From an uncultured Anaerolineales bacterium (GTDB taxonomy: Bacteria; Planctomycetota; Phycisphaerae; FEN-1346), in assembly GCA_964510295.1 (NCBI GenBank), contig CAZEBQ010000003.1, forward strand, positions 1-51,990: 51,990 nucleotides of DNA, given 5' to 3'. The number at the start of each line of letters is the position of its first letter. Positions within the stretch are counted from its first letter, which is position 1. Both the position numbers and the translations under genes were made by a program. This document shows, piece by piece, positions 44,228-51,990 of the stretch. The notes beneath the pieces were generated by a model. That model was not told the origin of the DNA and made no database searches. It worked only from the letters and a program-made list of their open reading frames with translations.

Positions 44228-47225
44228 TCAGCCTCTTGCCGTTGATGTAGATGATGTGTCCGCCGCCGTTGCCGACGTGGTTGCCGTCATTCACGCGCAA
44301 CCGGTAGCGATGGCCCTCCTTCGGCGGAGGGATCTTGAACGTCCCGCGCAGAAGCAGGACCTCCTTGTCCCACAGCGTGTTCACTCTCGTGGCGCCGTAA
44401 CAGCCCGGCCCGGTGCACGTGTCCGAGCATTTTGGAGTAGGCTGCTGGGGAATCTTGCCGTCATACTGTCCGAAAGCGCCCCTCCCTTTCCTCCAGCCGG
44501 CCTCGGCGGGATCGAAGTCTATCGCGTACCAGTTCTCCATGCCCTTGGGCAACGTCACGTCGCGGTAGCGCGTGATGAGCTGGTCCCAGGGCACCCGCTC
44601 GGCGGGAATCGGGTCGAACGTATGGTAGGACCACTCGGCCTGGCGCAGGTCGGCGAACATATGCCACCCGTACTCGCTGATGCCGGCCCTCTGGTGGAGG
44701 GCCGCAAGCTGATCGATCCTGTCGCTTCTGCCACCGGGGTACCCCGAGTGCACCTCGGCGGCCGCCAGCCTCCGCAACGGCTCCCGGTTCCTGCCGACGT
44801 GCTCGGGGATCAACTCGTTCAGGATGATCGGAGCGATCGCCTTCTTGAGCTCAGGGCCGAATCGGTCGGGATCCGCGCCCAGGAAAAACTGCTTGTACGG
44901 CAGGGGCTCTTGAGGAAAACGTCTCCCGGCGACTTCATAGAGCACGTCCAATCCCCCCGGCACTCCCGCAAGCGTCCTGGCCATCAGCTCCAGGTTCGCC
45001 TCCAGGCCCTGGGTGACGAGGACGTCGGTCTCGCCGTCTCTCGTCAGGTTCGGGTAGGCCGAGTAGGCCTCGCCGAACGTCATCGCCGCCAGCTTCTGCA
45101 CCTTCGGGGTGGCGTTCTGCAGTCGGCTGAGCAGGGCGGGAACGTGCTGGTGGACGCCCCAGACCTGGTTGTGCCCGATCACCTCGCCGACCACCGGCAG
45201 GACCTTCAGGGCGCATCGCTCGTCGACGACCGCCGGGGTCAGGGCATGGATCGCGGCGCTCTGCAGCCACCAGTCGCGCTGCTCGAGCCACGGCAGGATC
45301 ACACCGACGTGCGGCACGACGTCTTCGGCCTTCGCCAGGCCGAGGACCTGCAACGCTCCGTCCACCACCCACCAGGATTCGGCGGGGTCGCGGATGAGCG
45401 TGATCAACGCCGCGGCCAGATCACTGGGCAGTTCCTTCGCCGGCTCCGAGCGCCGCGCTCGATGCGCCGCGTAGATGGCGCCCACGCCGGCCCGGCGGAC
45501 GCGGGGGTCGGCGGACCGGAGCATCTCCAGCATCGCGGCGATATCGACAGCTTCCCGTGCGACCGGGCCGCCCAGATGGTTGACCTTGACCCCCGCGAGC
45601 TTGCAGGCAGCGTGATGGCGGATGCCGTGGTCCTGGTGGTGCAGGTACGACCACATGGTCTCACTGTTGGCATCGGCGGCATAGAGCCGCCCCATGATCG
45701 GCATGGACGAACCGTTGGCCAGCGTTTCGGCGTCGATATCCGGCGACTTGCCGGCCTTGTCCCTGGCCGCCTCGAGCGACAGGAAGGCGTCGTCGGCTTC
45801 GGTGCCCCAGATGCGCGCGGGCAGCTTGTACTTCTTCGAGAATCTCGACGGCGGCGCCCCGGTGATGCGCAGAGTCTTGCGCGGGATGGTATAGGCCAGG
45901 GCGTAGCCGTTGCCCCACTGCGTGTTGTCGTAGCGCGCTCCGCCGAGGATGCCGAACGACCCGTCCCAGCGACGAGACAGGTCGTAATGCCACCTGCGGT
46001 TGTCCATGAACTCGCGGTACTTCTTCGGGCTCTTCTCGCAGAGCAATCCCATGGCGGCGCTGCGCCAGATCTCGCCGCCGCCGCCGGTGTGCCCGTGGAG
46101 CATGAAGGAGGTGCTGTAGAAGCTCTTGACCGCGCTGACGTCGCGCGCCCTGGCGTAGAGCGAATTCTCGCCGTCCGGCGTGAGCGAAGCCGCCGCCGCC
46201 ATCATGAAGGCCAACATCCCGGTCTTGCCGTTGTCGACGAAGCCGGTTTCCGGTCTATGGTTGCCGTAGGGGTTGTTCCCCCGACCGGCAAAGCGGTAGA
46301 AATGCTCGATCGCGCCTAGCAGCATCCGATCGGGGACTTTCACCCCGCACTCCTTGGCCAGCACGACGAACGTCGCGCACGGGGTGCCTCCCGCGTTGAG
46401 ATGGCCTCCGCCCATATAGCGGAAATTGCCCTTCCCCCGACAGGCCCAGCCGCCCAGGTAGTAGGTCTTCTCGGCGGCGTCCACCGAGCGTTGGATGGCC
46501 GGAAGAACCGACTGGTCGCCCGTGCGCAGATAGTACTCACACAGCGGGATGCCGCCGTAGCCCAGGTACCAGGACGCGTAGCCCGACAAGCCGGACAGTC
46601 CTCTCGCCCATCGGCACACGACCTCCAGGTCCTTGTCCTCGCCGGTGGACAGCAGGAAGCGCATCCCAATGTTGCGGATGGTGCCGCGAGCATTGCCGCC
46701 CTTGGCCAGGTAGTCGGCAAAGTTGCGGACGATCTTGTCCGACTTGGGACAATCCAGCGGCCAGGTGTCGCTGTAGGCGCCGAGCACGGGAATCTTGACG
46801 ATTACCTGCTGCGCTTTGGCGTTGGGCTGGTCTTTGACCATGAACTCGAGCACGCCATCGGTCGCCTCGGCCTCTGCCAGGATCTGACCCAACTGGATTC
46901 GCGGATCGATGTCCTTGAGTTTCTGGCCGTTGATCGTCTCGATGATCTGGCTCTTCTTCAGCTTGCCGGTGGCTGCGGCCGGCGAGCCTTCCTCAATGCT
47001 GTGGATCTTCATTGCGAAGGCCGGCTGGACCAAGTCGATCCCCATGCCCACCGGGCCGAAGCGCTTGATGGTCTGAAGGGATTTCGTTTCCGACGGCCGA
47101 GTGGAGAAGAGCGCGGGGCGCTTGTAGAACGAGGTCTCTCCCGCCGCTGCGAGCCCCAAGGTCAGGGTGGCTGCCGCCAGCGCAAGCAGCGCGATGGTCG
47201 CCGAGTGTCTGCTGTTCATCGTCAT
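44175..47225 (-). CDS. Large secreted protein with PDZ-like domain, helical toroid-like region and HEAT-like repeats
   Basis: Signal MTMNSRHSATIALLALAAATLTLGLAAA. PDZ-like IHSIEEGSPAAATGKLKKSQIIETINGQ. HEAT-like LRSADPRVRRAGVGAIYAAH. The ORF ends abruptly (..INGKRLIEAKTSGIPERKRQVPL) just before the frameshifted domain. Confidence 0.75.
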   Translation of the reverse strand: MTMNSRHSATIALLALAAATLTLGLAAAGETSFYKRPALFSTRPSETKSLQTIKRFGPVGMGIDLVQPAFAMKIHSIEEGSPAAATGKLKKSQIIETINGQKLKDIDPRIQLGQILAEAEATDGVLEFMVKDQPNAKAQQVIVKIPVLGAYSDTWPLDCPKSDKIVRNFADYLAKGGNARGTIRNIGMRFLLSTGEDKDLEVVCRWARGLSGLSGYASWYLGYGGIPLCEYYLRTGDQSVLPAIQRSVDAAEKTYYLGGWACRGKGNFRYMGGGHLNAGGTPCATFVVLAKECGVKVPDRMLLGAIEHFYRFAGRGNNPYGNHRPETGFVDNGKTGMLAFMMAAAASLTPDGENSLYARARDVSAVKSFYSTSFMLHGHTGGGGEIWRSAAMGLLCEKSPKKYREFMDNRRWHYDLSRRWDGSFGILGGARYDNTQWGNGYALAYTIPRKTLRITGAPPSRFSKKYKLPARIWGTEADDAFLSLEAARDKAGKSPDIDAETLANGSSMPIMGRLYAADANSETMWSYLHHQDHGIRHHAACKLAGVKVNHLGGPVAREAVDIAAMLEMLRSADPRVRRAGVGAIYAAHRARRSEPAKELPSDLAAALITLIRDPAESWWVVDGALQVLGLAKAEDVVPHVGVILPWLEQRDWWLQSAAIHALTPAVVDERCALKVLPVVGEVIGHNQVWGVHQHVPALLSRLQNATPKVQKLAAMTFGEAYSAYPNLTRDGETDVLVTQGLEANLELMARTLAGVPGGLDVLYEVAGRRFPQEPLPYKQFFLGADPDRFGPELKKAIAPIILNELIPEHVGRNREPLRRLAAAEVHSGYPGGRSDRIDQLAALHQRAGISEYGWHMFADLRQAEWSYHTFDPIPAERVPWDQLITRYRDVTLPKGMENWYAIDFDPAEAGWRKGRGAFGQYDGKIPQQPTPKCSDTCTGPGCYGATRVNTLWDKEVLLLRGTFKIPPPKEGHRYRLRVNDGNHVGNGGGHIIYINGKRLIEAKTSGIPERKRQVPL

Positions 47226-47561
47226 TCGGCCTCTCTCGCCATGTCACTCGTGGTCATTCGTGGTTCTCGTCACCCGCCAGCCCGAGCATCGCGTCGGCGA
47301 AGGCGCCGCCGTTCCTCTCCGGACACGCCCGCCGCGCTCGGCCGACACTGTACATGGACGCCTTGGCCGCCGCTAGTCGGGGAGCGACCCGCGGCGCCGA
47401 CGCGCGATCCACGTGACCGAGCGGATGACGGCGTAAGGGAAGGCCGCTGTGTGACGGAATCGCCAGGTGCCACCGTAGATGGTCGGGGGAGGCAGCCAAC
47501 GCGACCTCCCCGCCGCGCGACCGGGGCCATGGATCAGCATTGGCGGTACTCATGTAGGGAC

Positions 47562-47714
47562 CTACCGGTCGCTTGGGCGGGTGGAGAAGAGCGGCGGGCC
47601 CTTGTAGAAGGAACTCTCTGCTGCCGCGGCCACACCGCATACGAGGAGGGTCGCCGTGAAGGCGAGTCGTGTCACCGGTTTTTTCCGGCTCATGATTCTC
47701 TTCCGTGTGTTCAT
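47562..47714 (-). pseudogene. 5-prime relic of a paralog of 44175..47225
   Basis: MNTRKRIMSRKKPVTRLAFTATLLVCGVAAAAESSFYKGPPLFSTRPSDR-stop parallels ...LTLGLAAAGETSFYKRPALFSTRPSETK of the neighbouring gene. The DNA at 47581-47618 is nearly identical to 47101-47138. Nothing homologous follows the stop. Confidence 0.6.
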
Positions 47715-47743
47715 TGTTGTTTGTGCGCGTGCGAGCACGCACC

Positions 47744-50700
47744 CTACCGTGCCTCCTCGTCCAGACAAAGCACCGATCCGTCCTTCAGGGCCACATAGAG
47801 CTTCCCATAGGCGACAGCCATACCTTCGTAGACGGTCGGTGATGGAAGCCGCAACTCAGACACCTTCTTGCCGTTCGGCGTGGCGAGACACCAGAGGTTT
47901 CCGCCTCGCTTCCCTTGCCATTTCTCGAGTGCTTCGACGGTCGTTTCGTTTCGGATCGCCGGCGGACCTGCCACGTAGAGCAAGTTCTCGGTCAGGACGA
48001 TGGAATTGACGTAGAGGTCGGGATCATGCTGCGACCAGTCATACTTGATGGTGCTCGATAGCAGGGACTTCTTCAGCCGCGTGAGTTCCTCCGTGTCGGT
48101 AGCTTCGGTGTGGATGAGCACATCGTGTGAGGAGAGGTCGATGATGCGCCCGCCCTTCTCCCATGGCGGGTCCCGCTTGCGGTCGGTCTTGCTTGCTCGA
48201 TAGATGTGCCACTCCAATCTTCTCACCCAACGATGAAGGTGTGGCAGACGCGAGAATCCGAAGGCGTGCGTCTCGTTGAATGCCAACATCTTGCCGCCGG
48301 GCGCAAACCGGGGCGGCTGGTGGTTCTCCATATCGCCGCCCGAGTAGTTCCTGCCGAAGAGCATCAAGGTGCGGTGAAATCCCGAGTCGTCGAGGAACCC
48401 GCTATTGACGAACAGGTGAGCGCCCTCGCCGACCTGGGAGGTGGCCCGCCGCATGGCCTCGACGACAGGGCGGGAGCAGTCGAGCTCGAAACGCTGCGTG
48501 TTCATGAAGATGCTTCGGCCGTCAGAAGAGAGGATGTCGGGATTGCTCGCCGGCAAGGTCCGGTTGGCCATCTTGTCCTCAATCAGGCCGTCGCCGGTCG
48601 GGTCCGTCTCGTCGAGGATCTCTTCATGCAGCAGCTTGCCCGTCTTAACGTCGAGGCATACCAGTCGCATGCCGCCGTCCAGGAAGGCCGAACGACCGGC
48701 CACGCAGTAGACCCTTTGGTCGATCACAAGAGGGCTGCCATGGACGGGCCAGACGGATTCCAACTGCTCCCTGGCGAGCAGATACCGCTCGACCGGCGCG
48801 ACGCGGTACCGCCACGCCCGTTCGCCGTTTGCGGCATTCAAGCAATAGAGGTGCCCGTCTCTTGATCCGAACAGCACTCGGCCATGTGCGATCGCCGGGG
48901 GCGAATCGATGCGTGCGCCGGCGATATACGTCCACGCATGTCGCCCTGACGATGCATCGAGCGCATGTAGCACATGCGCGTCTTTGTCAGCGACGAACAG
49001 CGTCCCGTCCGCAACGGTGATTGCGGACAAGTTGTTGCCGATCTTCGTCGACCACAGCGTCTTCAGGCCGGTGGCGAGCGTTGCCTTGGAAAAGCAACTT
49101 CTGGCATTGTCATGCCGAAATGTGGGCCACTCCTCGGATGGCCCAGCCGGCTGAGGCGACGACGCGACCGGCGTCTCGTAGGCCGGGCCCTTTTGCAGTC
49201 TTTCCGACGCCGGTGCCGGCGCCTCGGCCTCTTGCGCGGCGGGGGCGAGGGCGTTGAATCCGCGCAGCAGCGACTCCGCGTAGCAAGCACAGGGGTGCTG
49301 CGGCTGGTAGATCAGGCCGTTTGCCGGCAGGGTTCCGTAGATGCAGGCCCCGCGTACCCAGTGGTTCATCGATTCCCAGCCGGTCTTCGGGCTGATGAAC
49401 TCGATGCCTGTGCGGCCCGAGACGATGTACTGCTCTGTCGCCTTGGAACGATGGCAGCGTTGGTGGAACCAGTAGATGTCCTTGCGAGGCTTGAACTGGC
49501 GCTTGATCTCGCCTGTGTGCAAATCTCGACCGGTCCAGGTCCCGGCGTCTTTGCTCCCCATCATGATTCCAAGCCAGACCAGGCCGTCGACGACGAGGAT
49601 GTCCTTGGGACACTCGAAGCCGGTCGAATGTTTGTGCGTCTTGTAGCTCCAAAGCACCTTGCCGTCCACGGCAGACAGTGCGGTGAATGTGCGCAGATTG
49701 TTGGCCGCGGCCGAGGAACTCGATCTCCTGTATCCCGGCTGATCATCGCCGCCCCAAAACAGCACCACATCCTTGTGAACGGCCAGCGTCGGGGTGGTCG
49801 CGGTGGCGATCACGCCGTCGAGAGCAACCGGTTCGCTCTTGAAGATCTGCCTGCCGGTCCTGCAATTGAATGCTCGGATACACTTGCCATTGTGAAAGAA
49901 CACGCCCCTGTCCGAAACGGCAAAAGACATGGGCGCCACGGGTGTCTTGTGTCGCCACAACTCGTTGCCCGATTCGGGCTCGACGGCACGAATCCATTTC
50001 TCTTGTCCTGCCCAGGCGTTTTCGTCGGAGTAGCGATGCCCTGTCTGATACAAGGTCGGAGAATCCGTCGTGATGAGGTATAGAACTCCGTTGTGGTGCA
50101 GGATCTCCTCGCAGGCAGCGGTCTTCTCCAGTCTTCTGATCGTCCGGCCGGTGGCCGCGTCGATCACCGTGACGCCCTCATCCAGGTTGGCGGCAACGAA
50201 CAGCCTGTCGCCCACGGCCACAAGGCGTCGCGTCATTTGTGTCGGCCCGCTCTTGTATCGGAATAGCGGCGAGACCCATCGCTTGAAGGGGCGCTTCCAC
50301 AAAATCTTCCCGTTGTAGGCATTCCGAGCGATCAACTGCCAATCCGGGGGCAAGAAGAGCGAGACGTGCGGCCCTTCATCGAGCAGGTAGAAGATCCTCC
50401 CGGCAGCCGTGACCATGGTCTGAAAGCCGGAGACCGCTTCATGATGGCGCGTCCATGACGGACCGCCGGTCCACTGCAGCCTCTCGGGAGGGCCGGCCAC
50501 ACGGTCCTTGCTGACCGACCCGCCGCTCGCATCGTACAGCGCATGCGTCCACTCATCGGTGTTCTGCGGGCGTTCCTTCACAAAGTGCTGCCATGTGTCG
50601 CCCTTGTGGAAACAGGCTTTGCCCCCGGGGCGCAGGGCTCGATTGCATTCCTCAAGAGCGACCTTTGCGCCGTTGTCGAGCAGGATGGCGTCGATCGAAT

Positions 50701-51079
50701 TGTCGACAAACGGTAGAACGCCGCCGCGCCATAGGGCCACGGACACGGGGCCGTATCGACCGGCTTCGACAATCCGTTCTCTGGCTGCCCGAATCTTGTC
50801 AGGATCGCGATCCAATCCGCGCACCACCCAGGCGCCGGCCTGTCCGAGCTTCAGCGTGTTCCTGCCGTCTTCGCATCCGACATGGACGACAACGCCGCCG
50901 TCCAAGCCGTCTCGCACGGCCTGGGCGGCCGGGTGCACGGCCCCGGAGGCGCCAAGAGCAGATGCCGCAAGAAACAAGAATCCAGTGAGAAAGAGGAGGC
51001 CGCCAACGCCCGACCGGAAAGAGGGTATCTCTCGCAGGGGGTTTCTCGAACGGGTCGGTCTCAATTCAGTCAGCGGCAT
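47744..51079 (-). CDS. Class I methyltransferase-like domain fused to PQQ/BamB-like beta-propeller repeats
   Basis: TM or signal GGLLFLTGFLFLAASALGASGA. Methyltransferase-like VVHVGCEDG..VRGLDRDPDKI..LRPGGKACF. Repeated propeller strings NGKILWKRPF, GNELWRHKT, DGKVLWSYKT, GRHAWTYIA and GERAWRYRV. Confidence 0.75.
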   Translation of the reverse strand: MPLTELRPTRSRNPLREIPSFRSGVGGLLFLTGFLFLAASALGASGAVHPAAQAVRDGLDGGVVVHVGCEDGRNTLKLGQAGAWVVRGLDRDPDKIRAARERIVEAGRYGPVSVALWRGGVLPFVDNSIDAILLDNGAKVALEECNRALRPGGKACFHKGDTWQHFVKERPQNTDEWTHALYDASGGSVSKDRVAGPPERLQWTGGPSWTRHHEAVSGFQTMVTAAGRIFYLLDEGPHVSLFLPPDWQLIARNAYNGKILWKRPFKRWVSPLFRYKSGPTQMTRRLVAVGDRLFVAANLDEGVTVIDAATGRTIRRLEKTAACEEILHHNGVLYLITTDSPTLYQTGHRYSDENAWAGQEKWIRAVEPESGNELWRHKTPVAPMSFAVSDRGVFFHNGKCIRAFNCRTGRQIFKSEPVALDGVIATATTPTLAVHKDVVLFWGGDDQPGYRRSSSSAAANNLRTFTALSAVDGKVLWSYKTHKHSTGFECPKDILVVDGLVWLGIMMGSKDAGTWTGRDLHTGEIKRQFKPRKDIYWFHQRCHRSKATEQYIVSGRTGIEFISPKTGWESMNHWVRGACIYGTLPANGLIYQPQHPCACYAESLLRGFNALAPAAQEAEAPAPASERLQKGPAYETPVASSPQPAGPSEEWPTFRHDNARSCFSKATLATGLKTLWSTKIGNNLSAITVADGTLFVADKDAHVLHALDASSGRHAWTYIAGARIDSPPAIAHGRVLFGSRDGHLYCLNAANGERAWRYRVAPVERYLLAREQLESVWPVHGSPLVIDQRVYCVAGRSAFLDGGMRLVCLDVKTGKLLHEEILDETDPTGDGLIEDKMANRTLPASNPDILSSDGRSIFMNTQRFELDCSRPVVEAMRRATSQVGEGAHLFVNSGFLDDSGFHRTLMLFGRNYSGGDMENHQPPRFAPGGKMLAFNETHAFGFSRLPHLHRWVRRLEWHIYRASKTDRKRDPPWEKGGRIIDLSSHDVLIHTEATDTEELTRLKKSLLSSTIKYDWSQHDPDLYVNSIVLTENLLYVAGPPAIRNETTVEALEKWQGKRGGNLWCLATPNGKKVSELRLPSPTVYEGMAVAYGKLYVALKDGSVLCLDEEAR

Positions 51080-51219
51080 AGTGAACTGTCCTCTCCCCGC
51101 AGGTGGTCGAGATCGAATACCCTCGTTGGCTCGGAACTCCGTTTGAGCGCTCGTGCAATCAGCGACGCCGCATCATTGAGATCTCACACTGCCGGCTCTG
51201 GCCGGACTCCTTGCCACTG

Positions 51220-51990
51220 CTATCTAACCGGCCTCAGCGTGAAGTCCTTAATGGTCAATCCCTTGACCGGCTCGTTGCGCGAGAAGCGAAGGACATTCCG
51301 GCCCTTGACCAGCGAGACCTCGACCGGTTGAGTCTTATCCCACATGCCGACGGTGAAAGGCATCGCGATGTCGGTCGGCTCCTTGGCATCGTTGGCCGCG
51401 ACCAGGAGGTGCTGATCGGCGCTGGTCGTTACCACCCGCGCGCTGAGCGCATATTTCCCGGCTGCCGGCGCCTCGAAGGTGTATTCGAACTCCTCGGGTT
51501 TCCCCAACCTGTTGTAGTGCAACTGCATCCCGCCCAGGTAGCTCTTCATGAAGACGATCTTCGCCGTGCTGTTCATCGGTTTACTGCAGGCCACGACCGG
51601 AATCGTGATCACCCCGTCCTGTCCGACGTCGATCTTCCTGTCCGCCTCCGTCATGGTCACTGCTTCAACGGCATCCTTCTCCTTGGATTCATTCGCCTCG
51701 CCAATGTCCTCGCCCACCGCGGCCAGCGCCACCGCCTTGGCCTCTTCAACAATCGCCCGCTGCCGGTAGAGCGCCACGCCATTCCAGAAGCCGGACGCCG
51801 CGGCGTTGAAACCGAAGGCCCTCTTCTCGCCAAGGACCGCGCCCACCCACTGGGCACGCTGCACCTGCAGGAAGGCCGCCTCGACCTCCCTGGCCTGCGT
51901 ATGCACCACGAAATCGATGTCCTGGCCATACGCGGTCCAGCCCCACCCCCAGGTGGCGCCAAGGTTGATCACCCAGCCATCGGGCGTCCA
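51220..51990 (-). CDS. Partial CDS (5-prime end outside window) with C-terminal CBM6/35-like carbohydrate-binding module
   Basis: The frame stays open to the window edge (..WTPDGWVINLGATWGWGW..). The C-terminal YTFEAPAAGKYALSARVVTTSADQHLLVAANDAKE..WDKTQPVEVSLVKGRNVLRF..LTIKDFTLRP fits a CBM beta-sandwich pattern. Confidence 0.65.
   Translation of the reverse strand, partial: WTPDGWVINLGATWGWGWTAYGQDIDFVVHTQAREVEAAFLQVQRAQWVGAVLGEKRAFGFNAAASGFWNGVALYRQRAIVEEAKAVALAAVGEDIGEANESKEKDAVEAVTMTEADRKIDVGQDGVITIPVVACSKPMNSTAKIVFMKSYLGGMQLHYNRLGKPEEFEYTFEAPAAGKYALSARVVTTSADQHLLVAANDAKEPTDIAMPFTVGMWDKTQPVEVSLVKGRNVLRFSRNEPVKGLTIKDFTLRPVR

Noticed and set aside
47254-47561. Small minus-strand ORF (MLIHGPGRAAGRSRWLPPPTIYGGTWRFRHTAAFPYAVIRSVTWIARRRRGSLPD) and the 162-aa ORF 47254-47742
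   Set aside because: No recognisable motif, no start context and an Arg-rich composition. The longer ORF merely runs through the relic region in a different frame.
1-51990. CRISPR arrays, rRNA genes, intact IS elements or transposases, toxin-antitoxin or restriction-type defence genes
   Set aside because: I looked for regularly spaced short direct repeats, DDE/transposase-like or nuclease/ATPase motifs and terminal inverted repeats, and found none. The only repeats seen are the inter-paralog tracts reported above.

Overview
High-GC bacterial window. Essentially all credible genes lie on the minus strand, and the many long plus-strand ORFs are antisense shadows. The content (a PEP-CTERM tail, sulfatases, sialate O-acetylesterases, LamG/DUF1080-like modules, giant secreted multidomain proteins) fits a PVC-group genome such as Planctomycetota, Verrucomicrobiota or Kiritimatiellota, but this is a taxonomic guess only.

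Block A (112-26621) is a tightly packed co-directional array. It starts with an ECF sigma factor and a membrane anti-sigma factor. These are followed only by signal-peptide proteins:
- an unknown protein of about 360 aa
- a protein with three alpha/beta scaffold-like modules plus TPR
- three tandem giant paralogs (alpha/beta module + TPR + PEGA-like + Asp-box beta-propeller, two of them with an extra C-terminal module of about 400 aa)
- a frameshifted mini-copy of that C-terminal module
- two paralogs built from LamG-like beta-sandwich modules
- a 1405-aa trypsin/HtrA-like serine protease carrying LamG-like, NPCBM-like and jacalin-like lectin domains

I do not recognise this combination as a described system, and it is my main candidate for something new.

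A short tyrosine-recombinase ORF (26743-27207) separates Block A from Block B.

Block B (27377-51990) is a glycan-degradation cluster. It holds a GH123/DUF4091-like hydrolase, two paralogous hydrolase-like proteins with a CxCxxC motif, GH29 fucosidase, four sialate O-acetylesterase-type ORFs, a PDZ/HEAT giant, a methyltransferase-like + PQQ-propeller protein and a CBM-tailed protein. This block shows striking gene decay:
- a truncated and internally deleted sulfatase
- a chimeric hydrolase-sulfatase ORF
- a truncated esterase
- a dtd pseudogene
- a signal-less PEP-CTERM fragment
- a frameshifted C-terminal domain
- a 5-prime relic of a paralog

The window begins with a hairpin terminator and a tRNA-Asn-like 3-prime fragment. 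I found no CRISPR array, no rRNA and no intact IS element. All domain calls come from motif recognition by eye, and no searches were run.
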